Virus record (IMG/VR): IMGVR_UViG_3300021448_000142
Origin: a virus
Strand: one strand, 5' to 3'
Length of the DNA stretch: 64,000 bases
This document shows positions 39,744 to 48,606 of this stretch, piece after piece. Position 1 is the first letter of the stretch, and the number at the start of each line of letters is the position of its first letter. The position numbers and the translations under genes are program-made. Under the pieces are notes generated by a model. The model did not search any database. It was not told the DNA's origin and worked only from the letters and a program-made list of their open reading frames with translations.

Positions 39744-40265
39744 ATGCGCATGGGAATAGATGATAACCCCACAATCAAAGGCAAGATTGACTTAACAAAT
39801 GAACAAACAATTGACGAAGCTCCCCATTGGCAAAACGAGGGAGAAACAATAGATGTAGCAGACAACCAAGATGGTGGCAAAGACAACACATCATTTTGGC
39901 CGGATGAAATTGAAAACCCAAATGATTTAACAGATTTGCAACGGTCAGTTGTTTATCATTCTGTTATCAATCAGCAACACAATAGTAGCCAAATTGCAGA
40001 GAAGATAGATAAAAGAGGTGGATATGTTCGAGCAACATTAAAACGGGTCTGTCCAGACTGGTATGAGGATGTATTTAAGCCCGCGACAAATAAAGGCTCG
40101 TATGACGGGAATGAAGTATTAAAGAATATGACAACAGAGTGCGATAAATGTGGGTGTGAAATAATTCTTCATGAACCACTCAACGGCAATCTAAAACTCC
40201 GGTGTCGCTGTACAAAAGTTCCTATTCGAGCTATGCTCCCACCGGATTGGTTAAGAGACTTTTAA
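39744..40265 (+). CDS. Putative HTH plus zinc-ribbon protein
   Basis: LTDLQRSVV...SSQIAEKIDKRGGYVRATLKR (HTH-like); CDKCG...CRC. Confidence 0.6.
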   Translation: MRMGIDDNPTIKGKIDLTNEQTIDEAPHWQNEGETIDVADNQDGGKDNTSFWPDEIENPNDLTDLQRSVVYHSVINQQHNSSQIAEKIDKRGGYVRATLKRVCPDWYEDVFKPATNKGSYDGNEVLKNMTTECDKCGCEIILHEPLNGNLKLRCRCTKVPIRAMLPPDWLRDF

Positions 40266-40325
40266 TTCACCGCATAAAACCGAAACTTATTTCTGTGGTA
40301 CTGAATAATGTGCCACTGTCTCATA

Positions 40326-40625
40326 ATGGCCTGCAAAAACTGTGGCGAAGACTTACTATACAATAAGCGAACTGGTAAACGCTGTGCTGGTTGCGGGAGT
40401 ATGTCTCAACCCAAAACGGGACTCATCGAAGAACGTCCCACGAAACCACATGATGCGTCCTGTGGTGAATTACTGGATAATATGCCAAACCATGACCCTG
40501 CACTTCCGCGCATGATACAACAGATGTGTGTGGATGGAAGTCATTGTCAGTTTAACCCAACAACAATGAGACAGACAGAAAACGGACGGTGGATTGCAGT
40601 GTGTACTATCCATAACAATGAATAA
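40326..40625 (+). CDS. Cys-rich zinc-finger protein
   Basis: CKNCG, CAGCG and further Cys/His residues; ATG 9 nt after the hairpin. Confidence 0.6.
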   Translation: MACKNCGEDLLYNKRTGKRCAGCGSMSQPKTGLIEERPTKPHDASCGELLDNMPNHDPALPRMIQQMCVDGSHCQFNPTTMRQTENGRWIAVCTIHNNE

Positions 40626-40812
40626 ATCAAAAATAGAAAAGCCCACGCCCCAATATCATCCCGGAGATATAGTTGATGTGCCGGTTCGACGGTGCAAGGG
40701 CGAAATCGTTGAACGGATGTATAATGATGAAAACGATTCGTGGTTATATCGTGTCTATCGTGCAGATGGAGATAGACAAATCGGTATTTATCAGGAAAAG
40801 AATATAGAGTAA
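40618..40812 (+). CDS. Small SH3-like protein
   Basis: YHPGDIVDV...GEIVE...WLYRV pattern. Confidence 0.6.
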   Translation: MNKSKIEKPTPQYHPGDIVDVPVRRCKGEIVERMYNDENDSWLYRVYRADGDRQIGIYQEKNIE

Positions 40813-41047
40813 ACCAACTCTCTATTTTGGTGGAAAAAAGCCTGTTTCCGACCGACAAAGTTAAGTTCTTGTAAAACTTACGTATGCACGGGGAGTTAGT
40901 TATACCCCTGGTCGTGGCTGGCATGATTGTTCTCAAGGACAGATGCCAGTCAGAGTATTTTTTCTTCTCTTTATTTCGGGAGTAAAGTCATGCAATTGAA
41001 ACCCGGCTTCCAGTTCTATTTTGTGGTCACAAAGACCACGGATACCG

Positions 41048-41317
41048 ATGAAATACTACAAATTCAAACTCCGACTTGGGTCCGTATTCCGTAAAGTCGT
41101 CATTAGGGGAGAAGATAAAGAACATTGCCGGGTTCTTGCAGAACGCATGGTTTCCAAATACCGAGAACAGGTGGTGACTTCGCAAAATGTAACAAAGACA
41201 TTTAAACGGACAGACAACGAAACAGCACTAATGAAAGTCGGGGCGGATTTCTTGCTTGTTCCAGGTGAATTCACTGAACTACCCAAACAAGTTCACAATC
41301 CGAAAGCTCGCATATAA
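41048..41317 (+). CDS. Hypothetical cassette protein
   Basis: ATG 8 nt after the hairpin. Confidence 0.6.
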   Translation: MKYYKFKLRLGSVFRKVVIRGEDKEHCRVLAERMVSKYREQVVTSQNVTKTFKRTDNETALMKVGADFLLVPGEFTELPKQVHNPKARI

Positions 41318-41395
41318 ATCTCCAAATCAATTTTTTTCTCATAGTGAAAAAGCCGTAGTAAACGGCGGGGATTAACCTCTCAACCCCGCATGATT

Positions 41396-41965
41396 TTACT
41401 GGCCGGGAGACGGTGCTTCTCGTTCCATTTCCCCTTTCAATTTCTGCCCCTCAATGAAGCCGCTCTGGAAAGACGTAAAAGCCGATTCCCTGTCAATATC
41501 ATTTTCAAGCGCTGTGCGAATTCCCATGCGAAACACTTTATGCCACACTTCATCTTCCGGTGGCATAACTTCAGACCCGGCAGGCGACATTTCCACGTCG
41601 TAAGTATCGTTCACAACATTATCCCCATCGCTGTCCTCATCGCTGTTGTTGGGTTCGGTCGGAATGTTTGATTCATCGAGAATATCTTGCGGGACGTAGT
41701 GACTCCGCAAAACATTCCGAATGTGGGAACCGGAATATCCATCATCTAATTCTTCCTGAGAGGTTTGGGTAAGTTCCTTGATGGAAACCGGCCAATGTTC
41801 ATTAACCAATTCCACAATATCTTTCGCGCCGCGCGTCCCCGCTTCTTTTACCTGAATCAACTGGTCGGGATACGGCGAATAAATATACGGTGGTTCTCCC
41901 AGTTCGGTCCAGTTTTGTTCGGTTGCAATCTCTATGTTGTCGTTTGCCATTTTAAATTCCTCCAT
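41396..41965 (-). CDS. Hypothetical protein, possible HTH regulator (only leftward gene in the block)
   Basis: Acidic composition on the - strand; SIKELTQ...SGSHIRNVLRSH is HTH-like. Confidence 0.65.
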   Translation of the reverse strand: MEEFKMANDNIEIATEQNWTELGEPPYIYSPYPDQLIQVKEAGTRGAKDIVELVNEHWPVSIKELTQTSQEELDDGYSGSHIRNVLRSHYVPQDILDESNIPTEPNNSDEDSDGDNVVNDTYDVEMSPAGSEVMPPEDEVWHKVFRMGIRTALENDIDRESAFTSFQSGFIEGQKLKGEMEREAPSPGQ

Positions 41966-42293
41966 TTACACCTATGGGATGTGTCCCCCTTTGTTATACT
42001 GTTAGTTATCCAACTCAAGGGGTGCCTGATATATTATTCGTAGTTATGTTGATTGAGTAACTATAACATAAAACTATTTATCCCCCTCCCACGTATGGAG
42101 TAATGCACCATGATGTGCAATGACACAGGGGAGAATTGTAACTGCCCACAAATAACCCGCAAGCAAGACACGATTAACGTCGATGGAGAGCTAATTGATT
42201 TTGAGGTCTGCATATCCTGCTATAGTATCTTAGCGTAGTGGTGTGGGGGCGGTGGGGATAATTTCGTGTGGATAACCACACGGTGACAAAACT

Positions 42294-43367
42294 ATGAGTC
42301 AAAGCAACATCGAAATCGGCAGTCGTGAAATCGGGGCATTGGCTAGTGATGACGACAACCCAGACAAATACATTGGGCATCTGGTTTTCTCGACAACCGG
42401 CATGGTCCATGTGGCACGCAAATGGTTAGAAGAACAGTGGGGTTCGCATAATCTCCCGGAAGAATTGTTTCCGCGTGAGATTAGCAATTGGAGCGCGTAC
42501 CGGAGAGCAATCAATCAAATACAAGAAGACGAAGAACTACTGAATTATACAGTGTATAACGACGCATACGAACAAGCATTTAACTGTCATTTTGAAATTG
42601 AAAAGAGTGGAGAAGAAGGAACAAACGTGTATATTGTGTATGCCCGCACATTCCTCCCGGAAGAAGTTAATGGGCAAAAAGGCGGTAATTGGTCGGAACA
42701 ACGAGTAGGATACTTCGATTTCTATAAGGGAGAAGATGATGATTTGCCGGGTGCGTTAGTGACGTTTGCGGAAATTGATGATGAAAATATTCACCATTCT
42801 CACCTCATGGACCTTTTCGATTCAGCCCGCGAAAAAGAAGAAAAAATGCGAACACATCACAACTACAACGACCTGCAAGGCATTCTCGATGAATTCCGAA
42901 CAAAGGCACAAGCCGTTGAGATTCGCCGGTCTGTATATTTCTTCCCTGCCCATGCTGAAGAAGAACTAGAAGGAATGGCCGAAATATGGGATGGACTAAA
43001 CGCATGGAAAGAAAACGGGGAATTGGTTCGCATCGAGAAAACCCCTGTGGTTGACATGGCAGAACAACGGAAAATCGTCGCTACTCGTGTGCGAGAAAAG
43101 GTAGAGCAAGCAGTCGGGGATATTACAGGTGAAATCATTGAAGAATTCCGCGAGACTGAAGAACAAACCGCCGATGAAGCCGCTCGCAAACTGATGAATC
43201 AATTAAACGAATCAGAAGAAATGGCTGGAACATATAATCAGTTGCTCGGCATTCGGCTATCCATCCAAGATATTTTGGATGAACGTCGGGAAGACTTAGA
43301 GGATGAGGCAGATGAAATCATCGAAAACGTTATCAACCAACAGACGTTTAATGAGGTTGAAGCATGA
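42294..43367 (+). CDS. Conserved helical protein (DUF6744/DUF3150-like)
   Basis: GHLVFST, LP.ELFP...SAYRRA, RRSVYFFP motifs recalled from this family; located upstream of the AAA+/vWA pair. Confidence 0.55.
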   Translation: MSQSNIEIGSREIGALASDDDNPDKYIGHLVFSTTGMVHVARKWLEEQWGSHNLPEELFPREISNWSAYRRAINQIQEDEELLNYTVYNDAYEQAFNCHFEIEKSGEEGTNVYIVYARTFLPEEVNGQKGGNWSEQRVGYFDFYKGEDDDLPGALVTFAEIDDENIHHSHLMDLFDSAREKEEKMRTHHNYNDLQGILDEFRTKAQAVEIRRSVYFFPAHAEEELEGMAEIWDGLNAWKENGELVRIEKTPVVDMAEQRKIVATRVREKVEQAVGDITGEIIEEFRETEEQTADEAARKLMNQLNESEEMAGTYNQLLGIRLSIQDILDERREDLEDEADEIIENVINQQTFNEVEA

Positions 43368-43391
43368 AGTTCGCTAATTGGGAGATGTTTA

Positions 43392-43700
43392 TTGATGGAT
43401 ATTAGAGGCTTCTTGAACCCATTGAAAAGAAAATGGTGGAAAAAAGATGAATGGCATGTTGTTGATGAATCCATCATTGGCTATGAAGTAGTAGAAACAT
43501 ATGAATGTCCAGCGTGGGATGCAAAACGATATGTTTTATCAAAGTATAGAAATAAGAATACGTGTGAAATTCGCTACCGCAAACGGAAAAAACCATTGAA
43601 AAATCCCCGGACAAAAACAGTCTGGTCGGAACAAACTTTAGAAAAATTGAACATCATCGGTGAAGACATTGAAGTGTACGATGGAGGAAGATATGAGTAG
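43392..43700 (+). CDS. Hypothetical basic protein
   Basis: ORF track. Confidence 0.55.
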   Translation: MMDIRGFLNPLKRKWWKKDEWHVVDESIIGYEVVETYECPAWDAKRYVLSKYRNKNTCEIRYRKRKKPLKNPRTKTVWSEQTLEKLNIIGEDIEVYDGGRYE

Positions 43701-43795
43701 ATGTGTGATAGTATTTGTCTCATCTCGTTAGGACGAATCCCACTGAATGTACTGAAAAACTACGTCGAAGACCAACGAACACGAACCACAAACCC

Positions 43796-43984
43796 ATGAA
43801 AGCAAGCGAGAAATGTGAAAACTGTGGAAGTATTGTAACTAACCAATTCGCAAAGGTCTTCGGGGACCAAAACGATACCATCCACCATTGCCCTGATTGT
43901 TTGAAAGATATGGGTATCAACCGGCAAATGATGCAAAATGGTGCAGGTGCCGTCACTGACTTAGAAAATACTCCCCGGCAGTAG
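43796..43984 (+). CDS. Haloarchaeal-type small zinc-finger protein
   Basis: CENCGSIVTNQFAKVFG...CPDC; ATG at 43796. Confidence 0.7.
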   Translation: MKASEKCENCGSIVTNQFAKVFGDQNDTIHHCPDCLKDMGINRQMMQNGAGAVTDLENTPRQ

Positions 43985-44035
43985 TTCAACCGAAACATTT
44001 TTATTTGGGTGGAAATAATTTTCCACCGGATGCAA

Positions 44036-45097
44036 ATGACTACCACAGGATACAATACTGAAACGCTGGAAATGGAATCCGGCGAACCCACGGGCGAACA
44101 CGTCACATACGAATTTGATGGACTGTCCAAAGAAATCGAATTGGCACTGCCAAAACTAGAAGATGTGGGGCACCCCAAAGTACCCGAAGTTAACCAAGAT
44201 TATATTCCCCGGCAAATCTATGGAGAACTGGATTTGAAGGTTCTTTCACACACGATAGAAGACCCCGATTTCTTTGCCATGATGGAAGGTGAGGCAGGTG
44301 TCGGGAAGAATATGAGCGCAGAGTGGTTGCTATCTCAAGCCAATTGGCCCCGAGAGCGAGTAAACTTCTCCATCAGCACATCTTATGAGGGTCTGGTTGG
44401 GAGATTTGTGCCAAAGGATAGTGCAGAAGGCGAAGACATTAATACTATTCTTTCAGCACTTATTAATGCTGAAACCCCCACAGAACGTAAAGAAATTATT
44501 AATGAATATAATATTCAGTCTGATTCAAATTTCAAATGGGTTGATGGACTGCTGACGCGATGTGTCAAAAATGGTTGGGCTTTTATTGCAGATGAAATCA
44601 ATGCCGCTGATGATGAAGCTATCATGCCGTTCAATGGACTAACAGAAGATAGAGATTCGCGCTACCTCACCATCGAAGAACTAAGTACGGTTATTGAACC
44701 TCACCCTCGTTTTCGTCTTATCGCTACCCGAAACCCCGAAGATTATGCAGGAGTTGGGCATATGAATTCAGCACTCGAATCTCGTGCCTATATTCTCTCT
44801 TATGACTACCACGAAAAAGAAGCGCTTTATCAAATTCTCCAAAACCGAACAAATATTATCGAAAATTCAAGCGAGGAAGCAATGAAAAATCTCGTGAGAA
44901 TGGTACAAGACATTCGCAAACAAGAGCAAGCTGGAACGCAATTCATGACCAAAATTAGTACGCGAGACTTAATTAAAATGGGGCGTCTAACGGATATTAT
45001 GTCAATTGAAAATGCGGCCCGAACGGTAATTATGGGTGTCGCAGACCCGACCGATGAAAACGCTTTAGAGAACGAAATCAACACAACGAACTTCTAA
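44036..45097 (+). CDS. MoxR/CbbQ/NirQ-type AAA+ ATPase
   Basis: GEAGVGKN, LVGRF, WVDGLLT, DEINAA, HPRFRLIATRNP.DYAG, ALESR motifs; ATG 8 nt after the hairpin. Confidence 0.9.
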   Translation: MTTTGYNTETLEMESGEPTGEHVTYEFDGLSKEIELALPKLEDVGHPKVPEVNQDYIPRQIYGELDLKVLSHTIEDPDFFAMMEGEAGVGKNMSAEWLLSQANWPRERVNFSISTSYEGLVGRFVPKDSAEGEDINTILSALINAETPTERKEIINEYNIQSDSNFKWVDGLLTRCVKNGWAFIADEINAADDEAIMPFNGLTEDRDSRYLTIEELSTVIEPHPRFRLIATRNPEDYAGVGHMNSALESRAYILSYDYHEKEALYQILQNRTNIIENSSEEAMKNLVRMVQDIRKQEQAGTQFMTKISTRDLIKMGRLTDIMSIENAARTVIMGVADPTDENALENEINTTNF

Positions 45098-45099
45098 CT

Positions 45100-46992
45100 A
45101 TGCAAAACATCACAGCGCAAAGCAATGTTGAGGATACGCTGAAACGAATTGGGGTGGGAGTTGGTGAAAAGTTGCGGGAGTCGGAAAAACGTCGCACAAC
45201 ACTCGAAAAGTTTGCCCAACTCCGGTCACGAAGCCCCCAAACAAGTCTGAATATCCGTAATGCTCCGACTGCATATGTCACACTGGATGATGACGGAATT
45301 GATGAATTTACTAATATCGTCATTCCAAAGCGGCAGTTCGACCAAAACATGTACAATTTCCCCGAAGAATATCACGACTATCTTATTCAGAAAGGCATGA
45401 CAATCCACGAAGTCGGGCATATCCTTTATTCATCTTATCCCGCATTGAAAGAATATACCAGAAAAGTTAGTGAACAAGAAGACTACGATGAACAAATTTA
45501 TGTTACACTTTTTCAAAACATCTATAATATTCTGGAAGATGGAGCCATTGAAAAGTTCCTATCGGAAAATTATCGCGTGGATGAGGAGTTATATTATATG
45601 CGGTCTGTATTGCATGACGATACATACATGGGTGAAAAAATTGAGCTAAACGAAAAGACGCAATATCAGTATCCATTTATCTTCGCTCTCATGACTGCAT
45701 TGCTCAATATTGCAGTCTATGATAATCACGAATTAGAAAAATTGATGGATGTAAATAACGACAAGCACGTATTTGCAATTGAAGGGCAAAAACAAATGCG
45801 TAAGAACCTAGAAAAGTGCCTGCCAAAAATCCGTGAATATGCTCCCCAAATCCAGAGGGAAAAAGATGCACAAATACGGACACGCCTTTCATATAAATTG
45901 TGGAAAGAACTCCGTGTATATCTTGATAGGTCAGAGACACCGGGTAAACGGGAAATGCAACGGAGACAAAAAATGCAAATAGAAAGTGATTCCTATGGAA
46001 AAGGTGTCCCATCCAATCTCTCCGAAGCATACGATGAACAGCAAAGAGAGCCATCTGGTGGTGGGGATAGCGACGAGAACGCCGGAGCATCTACGATTGG
46101 CGATAAGCGGCGGCAAATGCGCGAACAAAGCGAAAATATAGATATAGGAGAAAAGGCACGCAAAGAAGTACGACAAGAGTCAATGGAACAAGCCGGGGAC
46201 ATTGAGCATGAAATAGAAGAAATTATTGATTCATTGGGCGCGGGTGATGGAACAGAAGAAATTTATATTCCGGAAGATGGGGAAGTTGACACCTTCCGAA
46301 AAAATGAAGCAGAGCGACACGGGGAAAGATGTGCAAAGATATTTAAGAACCGGCTGAAACAAGAACGTCGAGATAAAACCATTAAGAAAAAGAAGCGGGG
46401 AGAATGGGATAGCAGTCGTATGATTGCGGCATCCCGTGGCTCTCCACGAATATTTAAGCAAATTAAAGAAGGCGAGAAAAAGAATTACTCATGTATGATT
46501 GTCTGCGATAGGTCTAGTTCGATGAGTAACCGGATTGATGAAGTTGAATTGGCCGCTGGTGCAGTTGCATACGGACTGGAAGCTGTTGGCGTTGATTCTT
46601 CGATTCTCGAAACATACCAATCAAAAACAGCAATTGCAAAGCCATTCGGCGGGAAAATTGATAATTTCCGCGAAAAGGTCTTTGCGGGAAGATGTAGTGG
46701 CGGAACCCCACTCCAGTATACTTTGCAATTTGCCCGCGAACGAATTAATAGGGGGCATGGGGATGTTCCCTTTATGATTGTCATAACCGATGGGCGACCA
46801 AAAGAACCCGGCATTGTCAAGGAGGAGATACGGAATGCACAATTCCCCGTACTGGGGATGTATCTCACCAATAACGAAGATAAGGAACGGGTCAAAGAAC
46901 AAATGGAATTGTACGACAGAGCGATTGCAGTAAACACCGATGAAAGTGTTAGTCATTATCTCCTGAATCTCATCAAATCAGTATTCTTCTAA
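45100..46992 (+). CDS. CobT-like vWA-domain protein with N-terminal HExxH motif
   Basis: IHEVGH...NILEDG.IE at the N-terminus; MIDAS CDRSSSM, GGTP, ITDG at the C-terminus. Confidence 0.88.
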   Translation: MQNITAQSNVEDTLKRIGVGVGEKLRESEKRRTTLEKFAQLRSRSPQTSLNIRNAPTAYVTLDDDGIDEFTNIVIPKRQFDQNMYNFPEEYHDYLIQKGMTIHEVGHILYSSYPALKEYTRKVSEQEDYDEQIYVTLFQNIYNILEDGAIEKFLSENYRVDEELYYMRSVLHDDTYMGEKIELNEKTQYQYPFIFALMTALLNIAVYDNHELEKLMDVNNDKHVFAIEGQKQMRKNLEKCLPKIREYAPQIQREKDAQIRTRLSYKLWKELRVYLDRSETPGKREMQRRQKMQIESDSYGKGVPSNLSEAYDEQQREPSGGGDSDENAGASTIGDKRRQMREQSENIDIGEKARKEVRQESMEQAGDIEHEIEEIIDSLGAGDGTEEIYIPEDGEVDTFRKNEAERHGERCAKIFKNRLKQERRDKTIKKKKRGEWDSSRMIAASRGSPRIFKQIKEGEKKNYSCMIVCDRSSSMSNRIDEVELAAGAVAYGLEAVGVDSSILETYQSKTAIAKPFGGKIDNFREKVFAGRCSGGTPLQYTLQFARERINRGHGDVPFMIVITDGRPKEPGIVKEEIRNAQFPVLGMYLTNNEDKERVKEQMELYDRAIAVNTDESVSHYLLNLIKSVFF

Positions 46993-47002
46993 CATCTTAT
47001 CT

Positions 47003-47428
47003 ATGAAACGAGTACGTATCGCAACGGATGCATCTTATCGGGCCGATGATGGTATAGGTATGGGATATGTAGCGAATATTTCACACTCTTTTCGCAACCG
47101 GGAGGAAATTACCGGGCAAAAATTTGTCGGGGAAAAATGCTCATCAACTCAAGCAGAAATGAAAGCGGCGGCATGGGCAGTTGGGGATGTTGCCGGGAAG
47201 ATTAATAAAAACAAAGAGGAATACGAACTAGTTCTAAAAACAGACTGTCAAGATATTGTAGAAAAGTATCAGAATGGAGATTGCAAAAAAGAGCCAATGC
47301 AAGAATTACAAGACTACAGTGACCAATTTGGACACGCGCTTTTCCTGTGGATTCCACGGGAGAATAATCAAAAAGCAGATGCTATTGCCCGAGAAATGTT
47401 ACGAAAAGGAGCAAGCGGAGAAGCATGA
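47003..47428 (+). CDS. rnhA: Ribonuclease HI (archaeal type)
   Basis: TDAS, AE..A, TDC, WIPRENNQKAD acidic tetrad. Confidence 0.88.
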   Translation: MKRVRIATDASYRADDGIGMGYVANISHSFRNREEITGQKFVGEKCSSTQAEMKAAAWAVGDVAGKINKNKEEYELVLKTDCQDIVEKYQNGDCKKEPMQELQDYSDQFGHALFLWIPRENNQKADAIAREMLRKGASGEA

Positions 47429-47817
47429 CAGATTACCATACTGACTTTACATTTAGTCCGGCAACTGAACCGGAAGAAATTGTTGAATATGTATTGGGAC
47501 AAGTCAGAAATCCCATATACATCAACGAAACCACGGTCTATAACTTCTCAACACATACAGTTGACATGGATGCATTAGAACAAGCAGTTGACCAGAAACT
47601 CAAACACAACCTCTATCAGATTCCATTGCAAGTTCAAACAGGTGCTATATTCGTACAAGAGTTATTGCCAAATTCAATCAAAAACGCGGAAGTATTGATG
47701 TACCGTCCCGAAGAAGAAGATTATTATGCCTATCACAATTACATCCGTGATGTGCCAATTGAAAGTAGGGAGAAAACCCGACAAGAAATAGCACAAATCA
47801 TTCAAAACCATGAGTAA
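47425..47817 (+). CDS. Hypothetical protein
   Basis: ATGA coupling. Confidence 0.65.
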   Translation: MTDYHTDFTFSPATEPEEIVEYVLGQVRNPIYINETTVYNFSTHTVDMDALEQAVDQKLKHNLYQIPLQVQTGAIFVQELLPNSIKNAEVLMYRPEEEDYYAYHNYIRDVPIESREKTRQEIAQIIQNHE

Positions 47818-48067
47818 AATACATCAGGAACATTGGTTTGAACAAGCACAAAAACAAGTCCAAATTGAAGATGATGAACAAGTCGCTATAGATAGATTCG
47901 GAGAAATATTCCATAAGAATAAATGGGACCATTACTTGGGGAAAATGGAATTATGGAATGTTGAAGATGCTGTCTATGGAACACCCCGTCCATGTTCCCG
48001 GTGCTTTCCCACACTCTATTCCTTTTACCAAACACAACGGCGAATGGAGCTACAAAATGGATTTTGA
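47810..48067 (+). CDS. Hypothetical protein
   Basis: Coupled ORF; PCSRC motif. Confidence 0.6.
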   Translation: MSKIHQEHWFEQAQKQVQIEDDEQVAIDRFGEIFHKNKWDHYLGKMELWNVEDAVYGTPRPCSRCFPTLYSFYQTQRRMELQNGF

Positions 48068-48287
48068 TGGATGTCTTTTTGTGTATTTGCTTAATGTTAT
48101 TATCCTTAGCTGTTTGGTAATACTATCAACAACCGAAGAATTAACAACTTTCGGAGAAATGCTTCTCTTATTGAGTTCTGGTTTTGCAATCATCGGAGCA
48201 ATAATTATCTCAAAAAAGTTAACAAATGCAACTGTCAGTCTTAGAATCAAGATTACTCCATGCATTACCAGAAGAGTATCACGATAA
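48057..48287 (+). CDS. Small membrane protein
   Basis: Two hydrophobic helices; ATG at 48057. Confidence 0.45.
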   Translation: MDFDGCLFVYLLNVIILSCLVILSTTEELTTFGEMLLLLSSGFAIIGAIIISKKLTNATVSLRIKITPCITRRVSR

Positions 48288-48606
48288 GATACAAAAACAA
48301 TTCGCTCGTTTCGAGACGGGAACGTCTCGGGTATCCGATAAACACGATAAGATTGGACAAGCTACACTCACAAAACGAGAAATCGAACGTGCGACAACGA
48401 CAAATCAAAATGGAGATTATGGATATACAATTATTGAATTGCAATGTATTAAGGGGGCCGCGCTCAAATACGGAATTGACGATTGGTTGTCTTACGTAGA
48501 CCCCGAAATAACATACGAAGAAAATATAGGCATACTAAAAGAAAAAGGCAATCCGACCAATAAACAAATCAGCGCCCAACGCAAATCCAAACAACGATGG
48601 AAATAA
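48226..48606 (+). CDS. Hypothetical protein
   Basis: Typical composition; coupled to the next ORF. Confidence 0.6.
   Translation: MQLSVLESRLLHALPEEYHDKIQKQFARFETGTSRVSDKHDKIGQATLTKREIERATTTNQNGDYGYTIIELQCIKGAALKYGIDDWLSYVDPEITYEENIGILKEKGNPTNKQISAQRKSKQRWK

Larger units (their letters stand above)
28990..44027 (+). repeat. Dispersed array of about 36 T-tract + hairpin elements, one before nearly every short ORF
   Basis: TTT(T) directly followed by a 6-10 bp stem of variable sequence, typically 8-13 nt before a start codon. Coordinates are listed in the finding. Confidence 0.9.

Noticed and set aside
28990-44027. Hairpin array as a CRISPR array or as bacterial rho-independent terminators
   Set aside because: There is no conserved direct-repeat sequence, and the intervals are gene-sized and coding. 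The T-tract precedes the hairpin on the + strand, and on the - strand the hairpin is followed by A's, so neither strand fits the terminator order.
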